A stretch of DNA of 64,000 nucleotides from Sedimentisphaeraceae bacterium JB056 (GCA_044440125.1 JBITAJ010000028.1:128001-192000); one strand, 5' to 3'. Positions 33,001 to 42,862 are shown, counted from the stretch's first letter. Translations and numbers: made by a program. The notes: generated from the letters alone by a model not told the origin.

Positions 33001-33900
33001 GTCTCCAGACTGCCAACTTAAGAAACTCTTTGAATGGATATTATCTGCCCCATCATAAGGAACAGGAACACTTGCCATAACATCCACCAAAGTTTTTTTC
33101 ATCTGACCTTTCTGAAAAACATCCGTAACCTCGGAACTCTGAAGACAGCTTGACCAAACTGCCAGTTCATCAACTGCACCACTGAATCTTTCTGAAGAAA
33201 CAGAATCACTTCTTCCACCGATGGTAAATTCAGCACTTGTGGAAATACATGTATTACATTGAAAACCTTGCCATGAACCACTATAGAAATTGAAGGTTCC
33301 TGAAGTAACAACGGCAGATTCAATCACATAAGCAAGGCCTGAATATCTGGCAACTACCAAATTCCACTCTCCTAATTCCAGCGGCGTATCGGATGTAAAA
33401 GCAGTACTCCATGCACAGTTACTCCCAAACATCCTCAACCTCGCATACATAACACCAGATTCTGTTTGTGACTCTACCATGCTAATCGCAAATGTACCGG
33501 ATGATGTACCATCTGTCATTGCAGCTTTGGTGACAATATATTTCTCTCCACTGTTGCAATCAGTATCAGGTTTGACCCAAACGCTGAGAGTAAAAGCTCT
33601 GTCAACAGGAAGACCTGAGCTCGCATATCCCAATGCCAAATCATTGGCATCTGAGACATAAACCCTTTCAAATGTACTGCCGCTATTATCCAGCACAAGA
33701 TAATCAGCAACCAAAGGTGAAGCATCATCAAAAGAAACAGATACGCCCGAAGGCTCTGACAGATCAAATCCACTTATCGGCTCTTTAAGATGATTATCAA
33801 AATTCCAATAACAATCCGGATCAGCAACTACCAGTTGATAATCAAACAACAGGAACAGTAGGATACAAAAATAGATTTTCAGACGAGATGTTTTTTTCAT
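30037..33900 (-). CDS. Large secreted modular protein: 3 LamG-like domains, 2 FN3-like modules and a BNR/sialidase-fold domain
   Basis: Signal peptide; LamG motifs FTLSVW/WTISFWFK...DE(F/L)xxY; YYWR(V/I)DE modules; Asp-boxes STDAGLTW, STDDGATW, SSDGGLTW, TDDEGETW. Confidence 0.85.
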   Translation of the reverse strand: MKKTSRLKIYFCILLFLLFDYQLVVADPDCYWNFDNHLKEPISGFDLSEPSGVSVSFDDASPLVADYLVLDNSGSTFERVYVSDANDLALGYASSGLPVDRAFTLSVWVKPDTDCNSGEKYIVTKAAMTDGTSSGTFAISMVESQTESGVMYARLRMFGSNCAWSTAFTSDTPLELGEWNLVVARYSGLAYVIESAVVTSGTFNFYSGSWQGFQCNTCISTSAEFTIGGRSDSVSSERFSGAVDELAVWSSCLQSSEVTDVFQKGQMKKTLVDVMASVPVPYDGADNIHSKSFLSWQSGDVATSHDLYMGQNAATVLSADTNSNEYLGNQTTNSYVLSSLSASTTYYWRVDEISNNGIVKGDLWEFTTDEITTSYVAPDYYWAFDEDSTATYGGLDLQESSSGTISYISGLVEECVSIDNSDPNYFGKLYRTGDDSALDLGKNGDSWTISFWFKTDAESGYLLVASKATAGINNRSWWIAAAPSVGQVDVLVRDTDNNSQYQIVNSCPYRADQWNHCVARYIGDLVSISIRSITSDDHKPYSTWLSCNDTYDCSASFMLGGRTDELAANRFTGEIDEFSIYNEALCGDAVNELFLLGKSGLPLTYLTEPQDVTSRASVLYPFDSESLSATDVTLSWGSGTYASSHNVYFGDDYNQVAVADTLSDYYKSNQTSNTYDVGGLKPGTTYYWRIDEVNGGYPQSPWKGEVWSFTTPIETADLSSDTSRRVIVEYDPDQYFGHPSTVMLDDYETIYCTYTLGHGGAVAGITKSTDAGLTWQTRSQVPANCLSYDNCPTLHKLTDSNDVERLFIMAGYGDMVQAYSTDDGATWTNFATNGLECVVVPITIIPIKNGSQHLMVYHTSDWTIWQSVSSDGGLTWTESKPILILPEAQPAEPAIVRSPDGNQILCLIRCCNRGVYNSLMMTTDDEGETWSDPLELPNSLTGDRHMPRYNSYGQLVIAFRDMHSESDTYGKYVAWVGQYDDIISGVQNTQGQYKVCLINNCGSTELNGILWDTGYGGLECLGDNTFVATTYAALAEDEEHSIVSTRFKVDELYEPAAYYWDMDGDGDDSVDNLDLSEPSGVTLSYTSGAESLVGSSVYIDNSDPNVFERLLRTFDDDELDLGSSGDGWTISFWFKTQANSGYHIVASKASAGVNNRSWWIALTGATGKLDLLLRKDDNTSQSQLLTSASSIVGQWNHVVARYNGVSFSISVCPQSSTGHMPDSIWEPFDYDVRDSTANFTIGGRYDEPSTYRYTGYIDEFVVYDDCITDDQVNAIFLLGKSGEPVCD

Positions 33901-34101
33901 TTCTTACTCCTTAAAAATAATACTTTACAGAATGACTTCAAAACACATATGATAGTCAATTATTCATGTATGCTATAATCAAAGCGCAGAGATAGCGTAT
34001 CAAGCATTAATAAGCTTAATTAAAAACAATGAAAATATCGAAAATGAATCAATAGGCCAACACCACAACCAAAACATGTTAGCTTAACAGGCAAATAAGA
34101 T

Positions 34102-36240
34102 TTATATAACACTACCTGTCTGCAGTTGCTCAAAGCAGTTCGTCATATTCAAAATATCATGCTGATCATAGCTGCTGACATTCAACTTGCCAGGATTAAA
34201 TTTTTCAACCTCAAGCACAAGCACTTCATACTGGCCGACATCAACATGACCATTACATGTCTTACCTGTCAGTAAAGAAACAGCTTTAGAACGCATATCA
34301 ATCCAGCCCATTTTCCCCATAGTCTCAACAACTATTATGTATTTCTTTTCAACTCCCTGTCGACAAACAACTGTCAAATTATGCGAATTATCAAAATAAG
34401 ATTTCACACCACCTAACTGACAACTTTGTTCTATGATATAACCAAGACTTTGCGAATCAGGGATAGTTCCAAGCATTATCACCCAACCATCTCCAAGTTT
34501 TTTCTTTACAACACTGCTTAAGCCGCAAAGCTGTCCGGAAGTATACTTCACCAAAGAATCTCTATCATCAGTAACAAAAGCATCGTACCAGCCAGCCCCT
34601 TTGAATTCTCTACCGTTACACTGTTCCATTTGTTGCTCGAATGGATAACCTGGGAGCTGATATTTACTATAAATATCAAGCCACTTCTCCAGATGCCCGT
34701 AATTACAATCAGCATATGCCGTGGAATTCTGTGTACGCAGATCAGTAAGAGGCCCTGCCACCCAAACGCCACCGGAAGCAACCCATTTATATATATCAGA
34801 CTCAAGACCCTGCTCTTCTATGTTAGGTAGAAATGGACTGAATATAACTTTATAATCATCAAGTTTTTTGCCTGGCTGAATAACATCCGGTCTTATCCCG
34901 CTGCTGTGAATCGGCAGATAAAAATCATGAATAAGTCGTTTAAAATAATCGAAATCATCTATCATCGGCTGGAACTTAAAGTGCCACCACGAAAACTGAG
35001 AAAAATGCAAAGCAACTTCCGAAGATACAACTCTCGTATTATTCAGTATATCGGCACATTCCTTCAACTCTTTCGAAAGCACTGATACTTCATTCATTGC
35101 ACAAGTTGGCCGACCACTGCTCGAAAGAAGCGAACCATGCATCATCTCATGCCCAGACCTATGAGCACGCCAGAGCCAATAAAGATTGGCTTCTGCACCT
35201 AATGCAAAAGCAAGCCACGAATTCATTCGGGAGAAACCTTGAGCTCTAGCGCCACCAGCCATCGTGATATTTCCATTCCAGCTTACGCCGGTTTCCGTTA
35301 TCCAGAAAGGCTTGTCTTTCAAACCACGCGATAGATCCATCCAAAATGCAGCTTCCCACATATTGCCCGGCTGCGTATAATGATTCTGCTGTACAACATC
35401 AAGCTTCTCTGTCATCAGGAAATGACTGAGACCACCCTGCGTTATAGTATCGGTACCTATTGGCTGGTTAACTTTTGATTTAAGTATATCAGCCTGAAAG
35501 TGACAGTATTCGATATTGCTTTGTGACTGAAAAAGCATCCATGCAACAAGAAGTGAAGGATGATGCCAAGTATCTGGACGCGGTGGATCTATCTGACAAA
35601 AATCCTGATACCTGATAGACCAGAAATTCGTACCCCACTGTTGATTCAACTCTTCAATTGTTGTAAATTTCTGCCGTAACGATTTTCTGAATTTTGTCTT
35701 ACATACCTCACAATAACAGCCTCGGTCAGATGCACCAAGAACTTTAGATGGATATATCTCATTATCTATTTGCCAGCCTATAACATTTTCATACCTTCCC
35801 AACTCATCAGACATTTTATCAACAATTTTCTTGCAAAATTGTCTATATACCTGACTGTTAGGACAAAAATGCCTTCTTGAACCATGCTGAAGAAAATCAC
35901 CATTTTCACTTACAGCGATACACTCCGGATAATACTTTGCTATCCATATAGGAGGAGTGGCTGTTGGAGTGCCAAGAATAACAGCGATGCCATTATCACG
36001 TAATTTCACTATGACATTGTGTATCCAGTCAAAATCATATTTTCCACATGAAGGTTCTAATATAGACCAAGAAAACTCAGCAATACGAACAGCATTTATA
36101 CCTGCATCCTTCATCAACGCAATGTCTTTATCTACCTGGTCATCAGACCAGGTCTCTGGGTAATAGGCCGCACCTATATATGGAGGAGAAAATTTTTCAA
36201 TACTTTTTTTCATACGCTTATGATTCTTGATTTCATTCAA
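34102..36240 (-). CDS. Beta-galactosidase, GH42 family
   Basis: GAAYYPE, RIAEFSW, GTPTATPP, WQIDNE (acid/base), CYCEVC, WITET (nucleophile), EMMHG. Confidence 0.9.
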   Translation of the reverse strand: MNEIKNHKRMKKSIEKFSPPYIGAAYYPETWSDDQVDKDIALMKDAGINAVRIAEFSWSILEPSCGKYDFDWIHNVIVKLRDNGIAVILGTPTATPPIWIAKYYPECIAVSENGDFLQHGSRRHFCPNSQVYRQFCKKIVDKMSDELGRYENVIGWQIDNEIYPSKVLGASDRGCYCEVCKTKFRKSLRQKFTTIEELNQQWGTNFWSIRYQDFCQIDPPRPDTWHHPSLLVAWMLFQSQSNIEYCHFQADILKSKVNQPIGTDTITQGGLSHFLMTEKLDVVQQNHYTQPGNMWEAAFWMDLSRGLKDKPFWITETGVSWNGNITMAGGARAQGFSRMNSWLAFALGAEANLYWLWRAHRSGHEMMHGSLLSSSGRPTCAMNEVSVLSKELKECADILNNTRVVSSEVALHFSQFSWWHFKFQPMIDDFDYFKRLIHDFYLPIHSSGIRPDVIQPGKKLDDYKVIFSPFLPNIEEQGLESDIYKWVASGGVWVAGPLTDLRTQNSTAYADCNYGHLEKWLDIYSKYQLPGYPFEQQMEQCNGREFKGAGWYDAFVTDDRDSLVKYTSGQLCGLSSVVKKKLGDGWVIMLGTIPDSQSLGYIIEQSCQLGGVKSYFDNSHNLTVVCRQGVEKKYIIVVETMGKMGWIDMRSKAVSLLTGKTCNGHVDVGQYEVLVLEVEKFNPGKLNVSSYDQHDILNMTNCFEQLQTGSVI

Positions 36241-37795
36241 TTATATTCTCATTTTGAGACCAGTATGTAAGCCCTGCTGTCTGGCGTTCTGACGGAGGGG
36301 TTGTGAAGATACTTACAAGATATCCGACACTACACGTCGCAAGTACACCAAAAACAATCGGCCATACAAATGACACGTGAATCGGCTGACCATCCACAAT
36401 TTTGACCCATCCATAATTAGTCCAGAATGTCACTACAGAACCTATAACCGCCCCCACGATAACACCTTTTGAATTTGCTCGCGGAACAAGAAGCCCAAGC
36501 AGAAATATTCCAAGCAGAGGCCCTGAGAACAAACCTAAAACTTTAGTACTTAGCCTCATTATGTTTTCTGTCGAAGAAACATAAATAAAAACCGCAAGCC
36601 CTGTAGTAATAAGTCCCCATAGAATTGTCCAGAATCTCGCCCACCACACATTCTGATCGTCAGTATACTGCTTCTTGCCAAGTCTTATCTGAAAATCTGT
36701 CATAGTAACCGTTGCCAGGCAGTTCATTCCAGAGTCTACAGTTGAAAGTATTGCCGCAATTATTGCCGCAATAAAAAGACCTGCAAGACCATGTGGCATC
36801 TGAGTCACAATAAAATAAGGTAAAATACCATTACTTCCAACACTTTCAATGTCTATAGCATCGGGATATACATGATAAAAAGCAAACAATCCCATCGCTA
36901 CACCAGTGAGTATCAAACCTATTACAATAGAGCCTATAACATTAACCCATAACGCTTTCGCTGAAGCTTTAACAGAACCGGTAGTAAGGTAACGCTGCAC
37001 GGTCAATTGGTCAGAGCCCTTCTGAGCCATATCATTAAAGAAGAATCCTATCAATAACCCAAAGAATGTTGTCTTCTCAAAGAAGTCGAAAGACCAATAC
37101 TTCGGATTGGAAAGATAAGAAAAATCCTTCCCCTGTTCAAAGGTGATTTTTACTACTTCTGAAAACCCTCCATCAATACGACCAAATGCCGTAAAACAAA
37201 TCCAGATAATACCAATATACACCACTACTATCTGAATAACATCTGTCCATATAACGGCCTTCATACCGCCAAGCACTGCAAATGCTGCTGAAAACACACC
37301 AACGCCAATTATAAGCCATATCATATCAACCTTGCCGCCTAATGCCGGCATGAGTATTATAGCCGAAGCATATATAACAACACCTATATACATTCCGCGT
37401 ATCATCATAAAAAGAAAACTTGCTACAAGACGCACTGCAAGACAGAATCTTTTTTCAAGATATTCATAAGCGCTGGTTAGTTCAAGTTTAACAAATGTCG
37501 CAACAAAAAACTTAACAACAAAAAATGTAACGAGAATAGAAGCAATCCACCACAAGCCAAACATTACATGCCCGTTTTCAAAAAATTCAGCAGGAGCTCC
37601 AGTTATACTTATAGCACTAAGTAATGTCGCAAGTATTGAAAGCCCCACTGCCATCCACGGCATATTACGTGAAGCCATAAAAAAATCTTTCAGTGTCTTC
37701 TGCTCTTTTACGAAAAGAGTTGCGACACCAAGAATAGCAAACAAATATCCTATTAGAACGATGTAATCAAGCCAGTTAAATCCTGTGTTCATCAT
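36233..37795 (-). CDS. Sodium:solute symporter (SiaT/NIS-like)
   Basis: SAYEYLEKRF, GGMKAVIWTD, DQLTVQRYL, LSTVDSGMN. Confidence 0.93.
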   Translation of the reverse strand: MMNTGFNWLDYIVLIGYLFAILGVATLFVKEQKTLKDFFMASRNMPWMAVGLSILATLLSAISITGAPAEFFENGHVMFGLWWIASILVTFFVVKFFVATFVKLELTSAYEYLEKRFCLAVRLVASFLFMMIRGMYIGVVIYASAIILMPALGGKVDMIWLIIGVGVFSAAFAVLGGMKAVIWTDVIQIVVVYIGIIWICFTAFGRIDGGFSEVVKITFEQGKDFSYLSNPKYWSFDFFEKTTFFGLLIGFFFNDMAQKGSDQLTVQRYLTTGSVKASAKALWVNVIGSIVIGLILTGVAMGLFAFYHVYPDAIDIESVGSNGILPYFIVTQMPHGLAGLFIAAIIAAILSTVDSGMNCLATVTMTDFQIRLGKKQYTDDQNVWWARFWTILWGLITTGLAVFIYVSSTENIMRLSTKVLGLFSGPLLGIFLLGLLVPRANSKGVIVGAVIGSVVTFWTNYGWVKIVDGQPIHVSFVWPIVFGVLATCSVGYLVSIFTTPPSERQTAGLTYWSQNENIIE

Positions 37796-37811
37796 TTACC
37801 TTTATATCTTA

Positions 37812-38738
37812 CTAATCGAGATTAATCTTCTGCACTCTTTTATTTCCAACTTCAGCCACATACACAGCACTGCCTTCCACGACCAAAGCATGAGGAGTCG
37901 TAAACTGTCCCCATCCATCACCCAGTTGGCCATACTGTGCCAAAATATCACCATCAAAATCACTAATGATTATTGAATGTCTTTCAGGAGTGGTACAGCT
38001 TATATACAGGTTATTTTTGCAGCAGTAAAGTCCAAAAACTTTCCCAAAATGATCAAACTCTCTTACATAATTCCCTTTTAGATCAAAAACCTGAATTCTT
38101 TTATTTGCCCTGTCAGCAACATAAACTAAATCATCATGTATTATTATATTATGCGGATACTTGAATTCACCTTCACCATTGCCCTCTTTGCCCCATTCGA
38201 AAAGATACTTTCCATCTTTGTCAAGACAGACAACCCTACTGTTACCATATCCATCAGCAATATAAATATCACCATTATCAGCAACAGCTATATCAGTAGG
38301 CTTGTTAAAATGCAATTTATCATCACCGGCAACATCACGCTGCCCATATTCTGCAATCACATCACCGTCAAGATTCAGCTTATATATCTGCTGGGTTTCA
38401 ATATCTGTAATCCATAAAAATCCATTACAATACCGAAGACCATGCGGAGATTTCAGGTATTCAGAAGGCATATCAGAAACCATACCGCTAAGCAAATCTA
38501 TCTTGATAAAGGCCTTTTCTGTATTCTGGCAGATATACAGTGTATTACCATAGAGAGCAATCCCAGTTGCGTTATTCTTTACTGAATCTGCATACTTGGA
38601 ATTCCAGTTTACATCAGAGCTGATCTTAGAAGAGTCAAAACTATTGCCGCAACCGGATAGTAGCAGACTTAAAGTCAAAACTGCAGAAAACACAATTTTA
38701 TAGCTTTTATGTACAGTCATCAAATCTCTTATCTCCAT
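37812..38738 (-). CDS. NHL-repeat lipoprotein, peptidyl-alpha-hydroxyglycine alpha-amidating lyase (PAL)-like
   Basis: Lipobox LLSGC; PHGL, FNKPTDIAV, ADGYGNSRV, PHNI, ADRANKRIQVF, PHAL. True start may be 38720. Confidence 0.82.
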   Translation of the reverse strand: MEIRDLMTVHKSYKIVFSAVLTLSLLLSGCGNSFDSSKISSDVNWNSKYADSVKNNATGIALYGNTLYICQNTEKAFIKIDLLSGMVSDMPSEYLKSPHGLRYCNGFLWITDIETQQIYKLNLDGDVIAEYGQRDVAGDDKLHFNKPTDIAVADNGDIYIADGYGNSRVVCLDKDGKYLFEWGKEGNGEGEFKYPHNIIIHDDLVYVADRANKRIQVFDLKGNYVREFDHFGKVFGLYCCKNNLYISCTTPERHSIIISDFDGDILAQYGQLGDGWGQFTTPHALVVEGSAVYVAEVGNKRVQKINLD

Positions 38739-39547
38739 TTCGGCGGAAGCCTGTAATAATTATATCCATCATTATTTCTATCAGCTTCTATACAATCCTG
38801 AGCAGTCCATGTTTCAACATGACCATCAATATAAGCAGCATTGAGCTTTGTCTTGGGAGGATCATCAAGACCACTATCCATTGCGTAGTATATTTTGAAC
38901 ATCTTCCAGAAATCTCCATACCGGGAGTCACCTTCCTTGCCATCATATGTACCGGCTGTTGCACCCTTGGTATTATGAGGTATCCACCATCTGTCACCAC
39001 CCCATGTCATGAGGAAATCAGTCAACAGCAATGTATCTTTGCCTTTATCTCCTGTATTAAGAGCTTTGTCAGTATCAACCTCTGTAAATACCGGATAGTT
39101 CCACAAAAAGAAATAGGCTGAATTCATTATAGTCACGCTGTCATCGGCAAGGTCTTCACGGTAAACATCCTGCCAGTTATCATCATTAGGACATAACGGA
39201 CATGTCAGATATTCGGGATTATTGAGATAATTGCCAAGAGTTTCTACAAGAGAACCGCTATTGAGCTCATTTGCCGTACCCGCATAATACTTGATCCTGC
39301 AGGGTATAGTATACCAAGGTGAATAATCAGGTCCCTGTCCTTGAATAGTCGGAGGCATTTTGCCGCCATTCTCTGAAGCATACACGCTGACAGCAGTTGC
39401 AAGCGAACGCTGATTATTCTTGCACAAAACAAGCTTAGCCTGTTCTCTTGCCTTTGTAAGTGCAGGCATCATTATTGACATCAGTACAGCAATGATTGAT
39501 ATGACAACTAATAGCTCAATCAATGTAAATGCTTTTTTGTTTTTCAT
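38729..39547 (-). CDS. Prepilin-type N-terminal cleavage protein with H-X9-DG-like C-terminus (DUF1559-like pseudopilin)
   Basis: KKAFTLIELLVVISIIAVLMSIMMPAL..AREQA...C.NNQR; C-terminal NAAYIDGHVE. Confidence 0.93.
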   Translation of the reverse strand: MKNKKAFTLIELLVVISIIAVLMSIMMPALTKAREQAKLVLCKNNQRSLATAVSVYASENGGKMPPTIQGQGPDYSPWYTIPCRIKYYAGTANELNSGSLVETLGNYLNNPEYLTCPLCPNDDNWQDVYREDLADDSVTIMNSAYFFLWNYPVFTEVDTDKALNTGDKGKDTLLLTDFLMTWGGDRWWIPHNTKGATAGTYDGKEGDSRYGDFWKMFKIYYAMDSGLDDPPKTKLNAAYIDGHVETWTAQDCIEADRNNDGYNYYRLPPKWR

Positions 39548-39576
39548 GGATAGTCTCCTATATTTTCGAGATAATA

Positions 39577-41178
39577 TCAATCAACAGAAACAACTGTAAA
39601 ATAGATATTTTTATATGTATTGGTACGCCCGCCTTCGAATAATATTCCAAGTTCTTTCTCTGACAACAAAGCTACGTCCGAATACGCACTTCTGCCGGGA
39701 CATACCAATTTGATTTTCTGCCATGTTTTACCTTTATCTTTGCTCTTCGACACAGTCAAACCAGCTCTATGAGAATCCCATAAAGGCCCTTCTTCGCTGC
39801 CGCCTTTATAACTGCCTGACGCAGGATGAACAGCATAAACAACATCATTATCTACATCAGTGATTATTGAACCCTGACATACAACTGACGGCAACTGTTT
39901 ATTATATTTGGCCTCAGTCCATGTATTTCCTCCATTATCACTGAATGCAAGTTTCTTAAATTCAAGAGGCTTTTCTTTTGATCCATCAGGAAGAATCTTA
40001 TTGCCCGGTCTTATGAACATGCAGCATCCGTTGTCGGCTATTCGAGTCAGCATACATTCATCGCTGTAATCACATATCGTACCTGCCCATTGCCAGTTCT
40101 TTCCGTTATCATCGCTGAATATTGCAGCAGAACTGAACTTGCCTCTAACCTCTTTACTTGCCACCCAGCAAGATGCAAGAAGTCTACCGTTATCAAGCAT
40201 AATTCCATGCCCAGGTCCAGGATGCAAAGCTCCCCAATCATTGCCAACAGTATTCTGTTTCACATCAACTGGCTGCGACCAACTCGCGCCGCTGTCATCA
40301 CTGTATCTGTAATAGATAGCATATTCATCTGCACCCCACCTTTGATAAGTTGTATACACATAATGAATGCGACCTGTTTTTTCATCAAGAATAGGACACG
40401 GATTACTTGCATTGTAATTACCGTTATCGTGAAGCACCTTAAAATCGGACCAGCTTTTTCCATTATCAAAAGAACGTTTGATAACCTGATCGATATTGCC
40501 ATTATCATGCAAGCTGTCGTGTCTACCTTCAGCAAACGCAAGAAGCGTCCCATCCTTAGCTCTTATTATAGCAGGAATACGATAATAAGCATAACCATTT
40601 TCACCACATGTAAACACTTTTACCTTTTGTGGTACAGCTTCAAATTCCCCCTCTACTTCAAGAGACTTTATTGCTACAGAAGCCCCTTCGGAATAAATGC
40701 AAAGCTGTCCTATTGTGTCTCTCTGGTATTCGTTTTCATATACATCCTTGCCGTTAATCATAATTTTGAATGTGCCGGAAACGTTCATGAAAACAAAGTC
40801 ATATTTTTCTGAATCAACGTAATCACTTAATTTTACAGAAAGCGGCTTGTCCTTGAAAGCCCTTACTCCTGTATGACCTCTTGATGTGATTTTATCACTG
40901 CTGCTGTCAAAAATAAATTCATCAGCTCCGATCGCTACAATAAATTTACCATCACTTAAAAATGAGCAATTCACTTTGACGGCAAAACTGCCATAATAAA
41001 ATTCATCCTTAAAAAGCAAAGTCCCATACTCATCATTCAATACAATCTCATTACCAGCAACTGAATAAGAAGACTCTTTGCTCAAATCGCCTAAGACTTT
41101 TCCATCCTGCACAAGCAATGTACCAAATGAAATATTCACTATACAAAAAAACAGTAAAATATAATGTCTGAAATTCAT
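39577..41178 (-). CDS. Secreted exo-alpha-sialidase-like enzyme, GH33
   Basis: YRIPAI, FAEGR, Asp-boxes SFDNGKSW/SDDSGASW/SDDNGKNW/SDNGGNTW/SKDKGKTW, PGPGHG, CQGS, SAYSD. Confidence 0.9.
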   Translation of the reverse strand: MNFRHYILLFFCIVNISFGTLLVQDGKVLGDLSKESSYSVAGNEIVLNDEYGTLLFKDEFYYGSFAVKVNCSFLSDGKFIVAIGADEFIFDSSSDKITSRGHTGVRAFKDKPLSVKLSDYVDSEKYDFVFMNVSGTFKIMINGKDVYENEYQRDTIGQLCIYSEGASVAIKSLEVEGEFEAVPQKVKVFTCGENGYAYYRIPAIIRAKDGTLLAFAEGRHDSLHDNGNIDQVIKRSFDNGKSWSDFKVLHDNGNYNASNPCPILDEKTGRIHYVYTTYQRWGADEYAIYYRYSDDSGASWSQPVDVKQNTVGNDWGALHPGPGHGIMLDNGRLLASCWVASKEVRGKFSSAAIFSDDNGKNWQWAGTICDYSDECMLTRIADNGCCMFIRPGNKILPDGSKEKPLEFKKLAFSDNGGNTWTEAKYNKQLPSVVCQGSIITDVDNDVVYAVHPASGSYKGGSEEGPLWDSHRAGLTVSKSKDKGKTWQKIKLVCPGRSAYSDVALLSEKELGILFEGGRTNTYKNIYFTVVSVD

Positions 41179-41194
41179 AATTCCCCTTTAGTAA

Positions 41195-42796
41195 TCAGTT
41201 AACTTTCGATGATGGATACCTAAAAGCCATGCAACAATCATATGTTACAGTAGTAAACGAAATAGAGCTATAGTTATCAACTTCAAACAAAACCCCAATC
41301 TCTCCGGAATAAGTTTTTGCAAGATCTGAATATGCACTAAGACCTGCCGTAACTAATTGTTTCATCGCCCATGTATTACCCTTATCCCTACTTACGAACA
41401 AGCTCAAACCTGCTCTTGAAACAAGACCGTCTTTGTTATATGTTCCAGCTGCCGGATAAGATATAAATAAAGCATTGTAATCGGAATCGTAAAAGGTAGA
41501 ACCCTGACAAATAGTAGATTCTAATCTTGTCTGAGCAGTTGCGTTTGTCCAACTCTCGCCACCATCATAACTTTTCGCAGCCCAGCGATACTCACTGTTG
41601 TCACGTGTAGGACCGGGACGTATAGTCATATAAAGTTCATCACCTGCGGCAGATATCAGACACTCGTCTGAATAGTCTAACACATCAGGTCCGGCAACCC
41701 AGCTCGTACCACCATCATCACTGTAAATCAAACTCGAATAACTCACTCTCGTATCTGTCGTTGTTCCTGTTGTATGCCATACAGGCACAACAAGTCTGCC
41801 GCTGTGATCACCTTCAAGAATCTGAACACCATGTCCAGGTCCCGGGTGACATGCACTCCAGTATGTAGGCAACCCACTAACCGCCTGAGCAACTGACCAA
41901 CTTTCGCCATTGTCATCACTGTATCTTTTATATATAGTATAATTACCGGTTCCGAAAGTTTGGTAAGCAGTATAGATTATATAAACCCTTCCAGTATTTT
42001 TATCAACTACAGGAGATGGGTTACTTGCATTATAAGGACCATTGTCGTGTATAAGTTCAAGCGAACTCCATGTTGCACCATCATCGTAAGAACGCTTCAA
42101 TACAATATCTACATTTCCATTATCACTTATTCCATCAACGCGTCCTTCAGCAAATGCCAGCAACGTACCATTGGCACATCTGACAATAGCAGGAATTCTG
42201 TAATAGCTGTAACCATCAGTACCAAGTTCAAAAACTGGAACTTTTTCATACATATCTCTTATTGTTCCATCAAGCATAAGGTTTTCTACTTGGAAATTTG
42301 CACTTTCTGAATATACCTGAACAGTTCCTATCACATCTCTGTCGCATTCACCCGTATAGAGTAATGTTGAATCAACAACTACAGAAATCACATTATCGGT
42401 CATTGATATTTCGATATTGGTGTTTTGAGAAACTTGAAGATAGGACGATATATCCACATTAAGAGGCGAGTTACTGAATGTGTAAGTACCTGTATTAAGT
42501 CTGTTCCTCAGTAGGTTCGTGGTTTTGTTGAATACATATTCATCGTAACCTATACGTACTACTATACTGCCCGTAGAGCCCATAACAACATCAAGATTTA
42601 CAGAATAGTCGTTATAAAGTATGTTCTTATCCAAAGTAATTCTGCCGCCATTGGAGAAAGAAATACTTCCAGATCCTACACTTACACTACCCTCTGTCTG
42701 CAACCCGTTTGATGTACTTTGATCCCATTGATAGAGAGTAGCAAATCCACTTGACATGAAACTTATAAGAATAATTGCTATAGATCGAAAAAGCAT
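41195..42796 (-). CDS. Secreted exo-alpha-sialidase-like enzyme, GH33 (tandem paralog)
   Basis: YRIPAI, FAEGR, five Asp-boxes, PGPGHG, CQGS, SAYSD. Confidence 0.9.
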   Translation of the reverse strand: MLFRSIAIILISFMSSGFATLYQWDQSTSNGLQTEGSVSVGSGSISFSNGGRITLDKNILYNDYSVNLDVVMGSTGSIVVRIGYDEYVFNKTTNLLRNRLNTGTYTFSNSPLNVDISSYLQVSQNTNIEISMTDNVISVVVDSTLLYTGECDRDVIGTVQVYSESANFQVENLMLDGTIRDMYEKVPVFELGTDGYSYYRIPAIVRCANGTLLAFAEGRVDGISDNGNVDIVLKRSYDDGATWSSLELIHDNGPYNASNPSPVVDKNTGRVYIIYTAYQTFGTGNYTIYKRYSDDNGESWSVAQAVSGLPTYWSACHPGPGHGVQILEGDHSGRLVVPVWHTTGTTTDTRVSYSSLIYSDDGGTSWVAGPDVLDYSDECLISAAGDELYMTIRPGPTRDNSEYRWAAKSYDGGESWTNATAQTRLESTICQGSTFYDSDYNALFISYPAAGTYNKDGLVSRAGLSLFVSRDKGNTWAMKQLVTAGLSAYSDLAKTYSGEIGVLFEVDNYSSISFTTVTYDCCMAFRYPSSKVN

Positions 42797-42827
42797 AGAT
42801 TGAATACCTGCTTGAGTTAATTATTAA

Positions 42828-42862
42828 GACAGGCAGCTTGTCTAACAACAGAGCTGCCTGTC
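42828..42862 (-). other. Intercistronic stem-loop without U-tract
   Basis: GACAGGCAGCT-N13-AGCTGCCTGTC, followed on the minus strand by TTAAT only. Confidence 0.7.
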
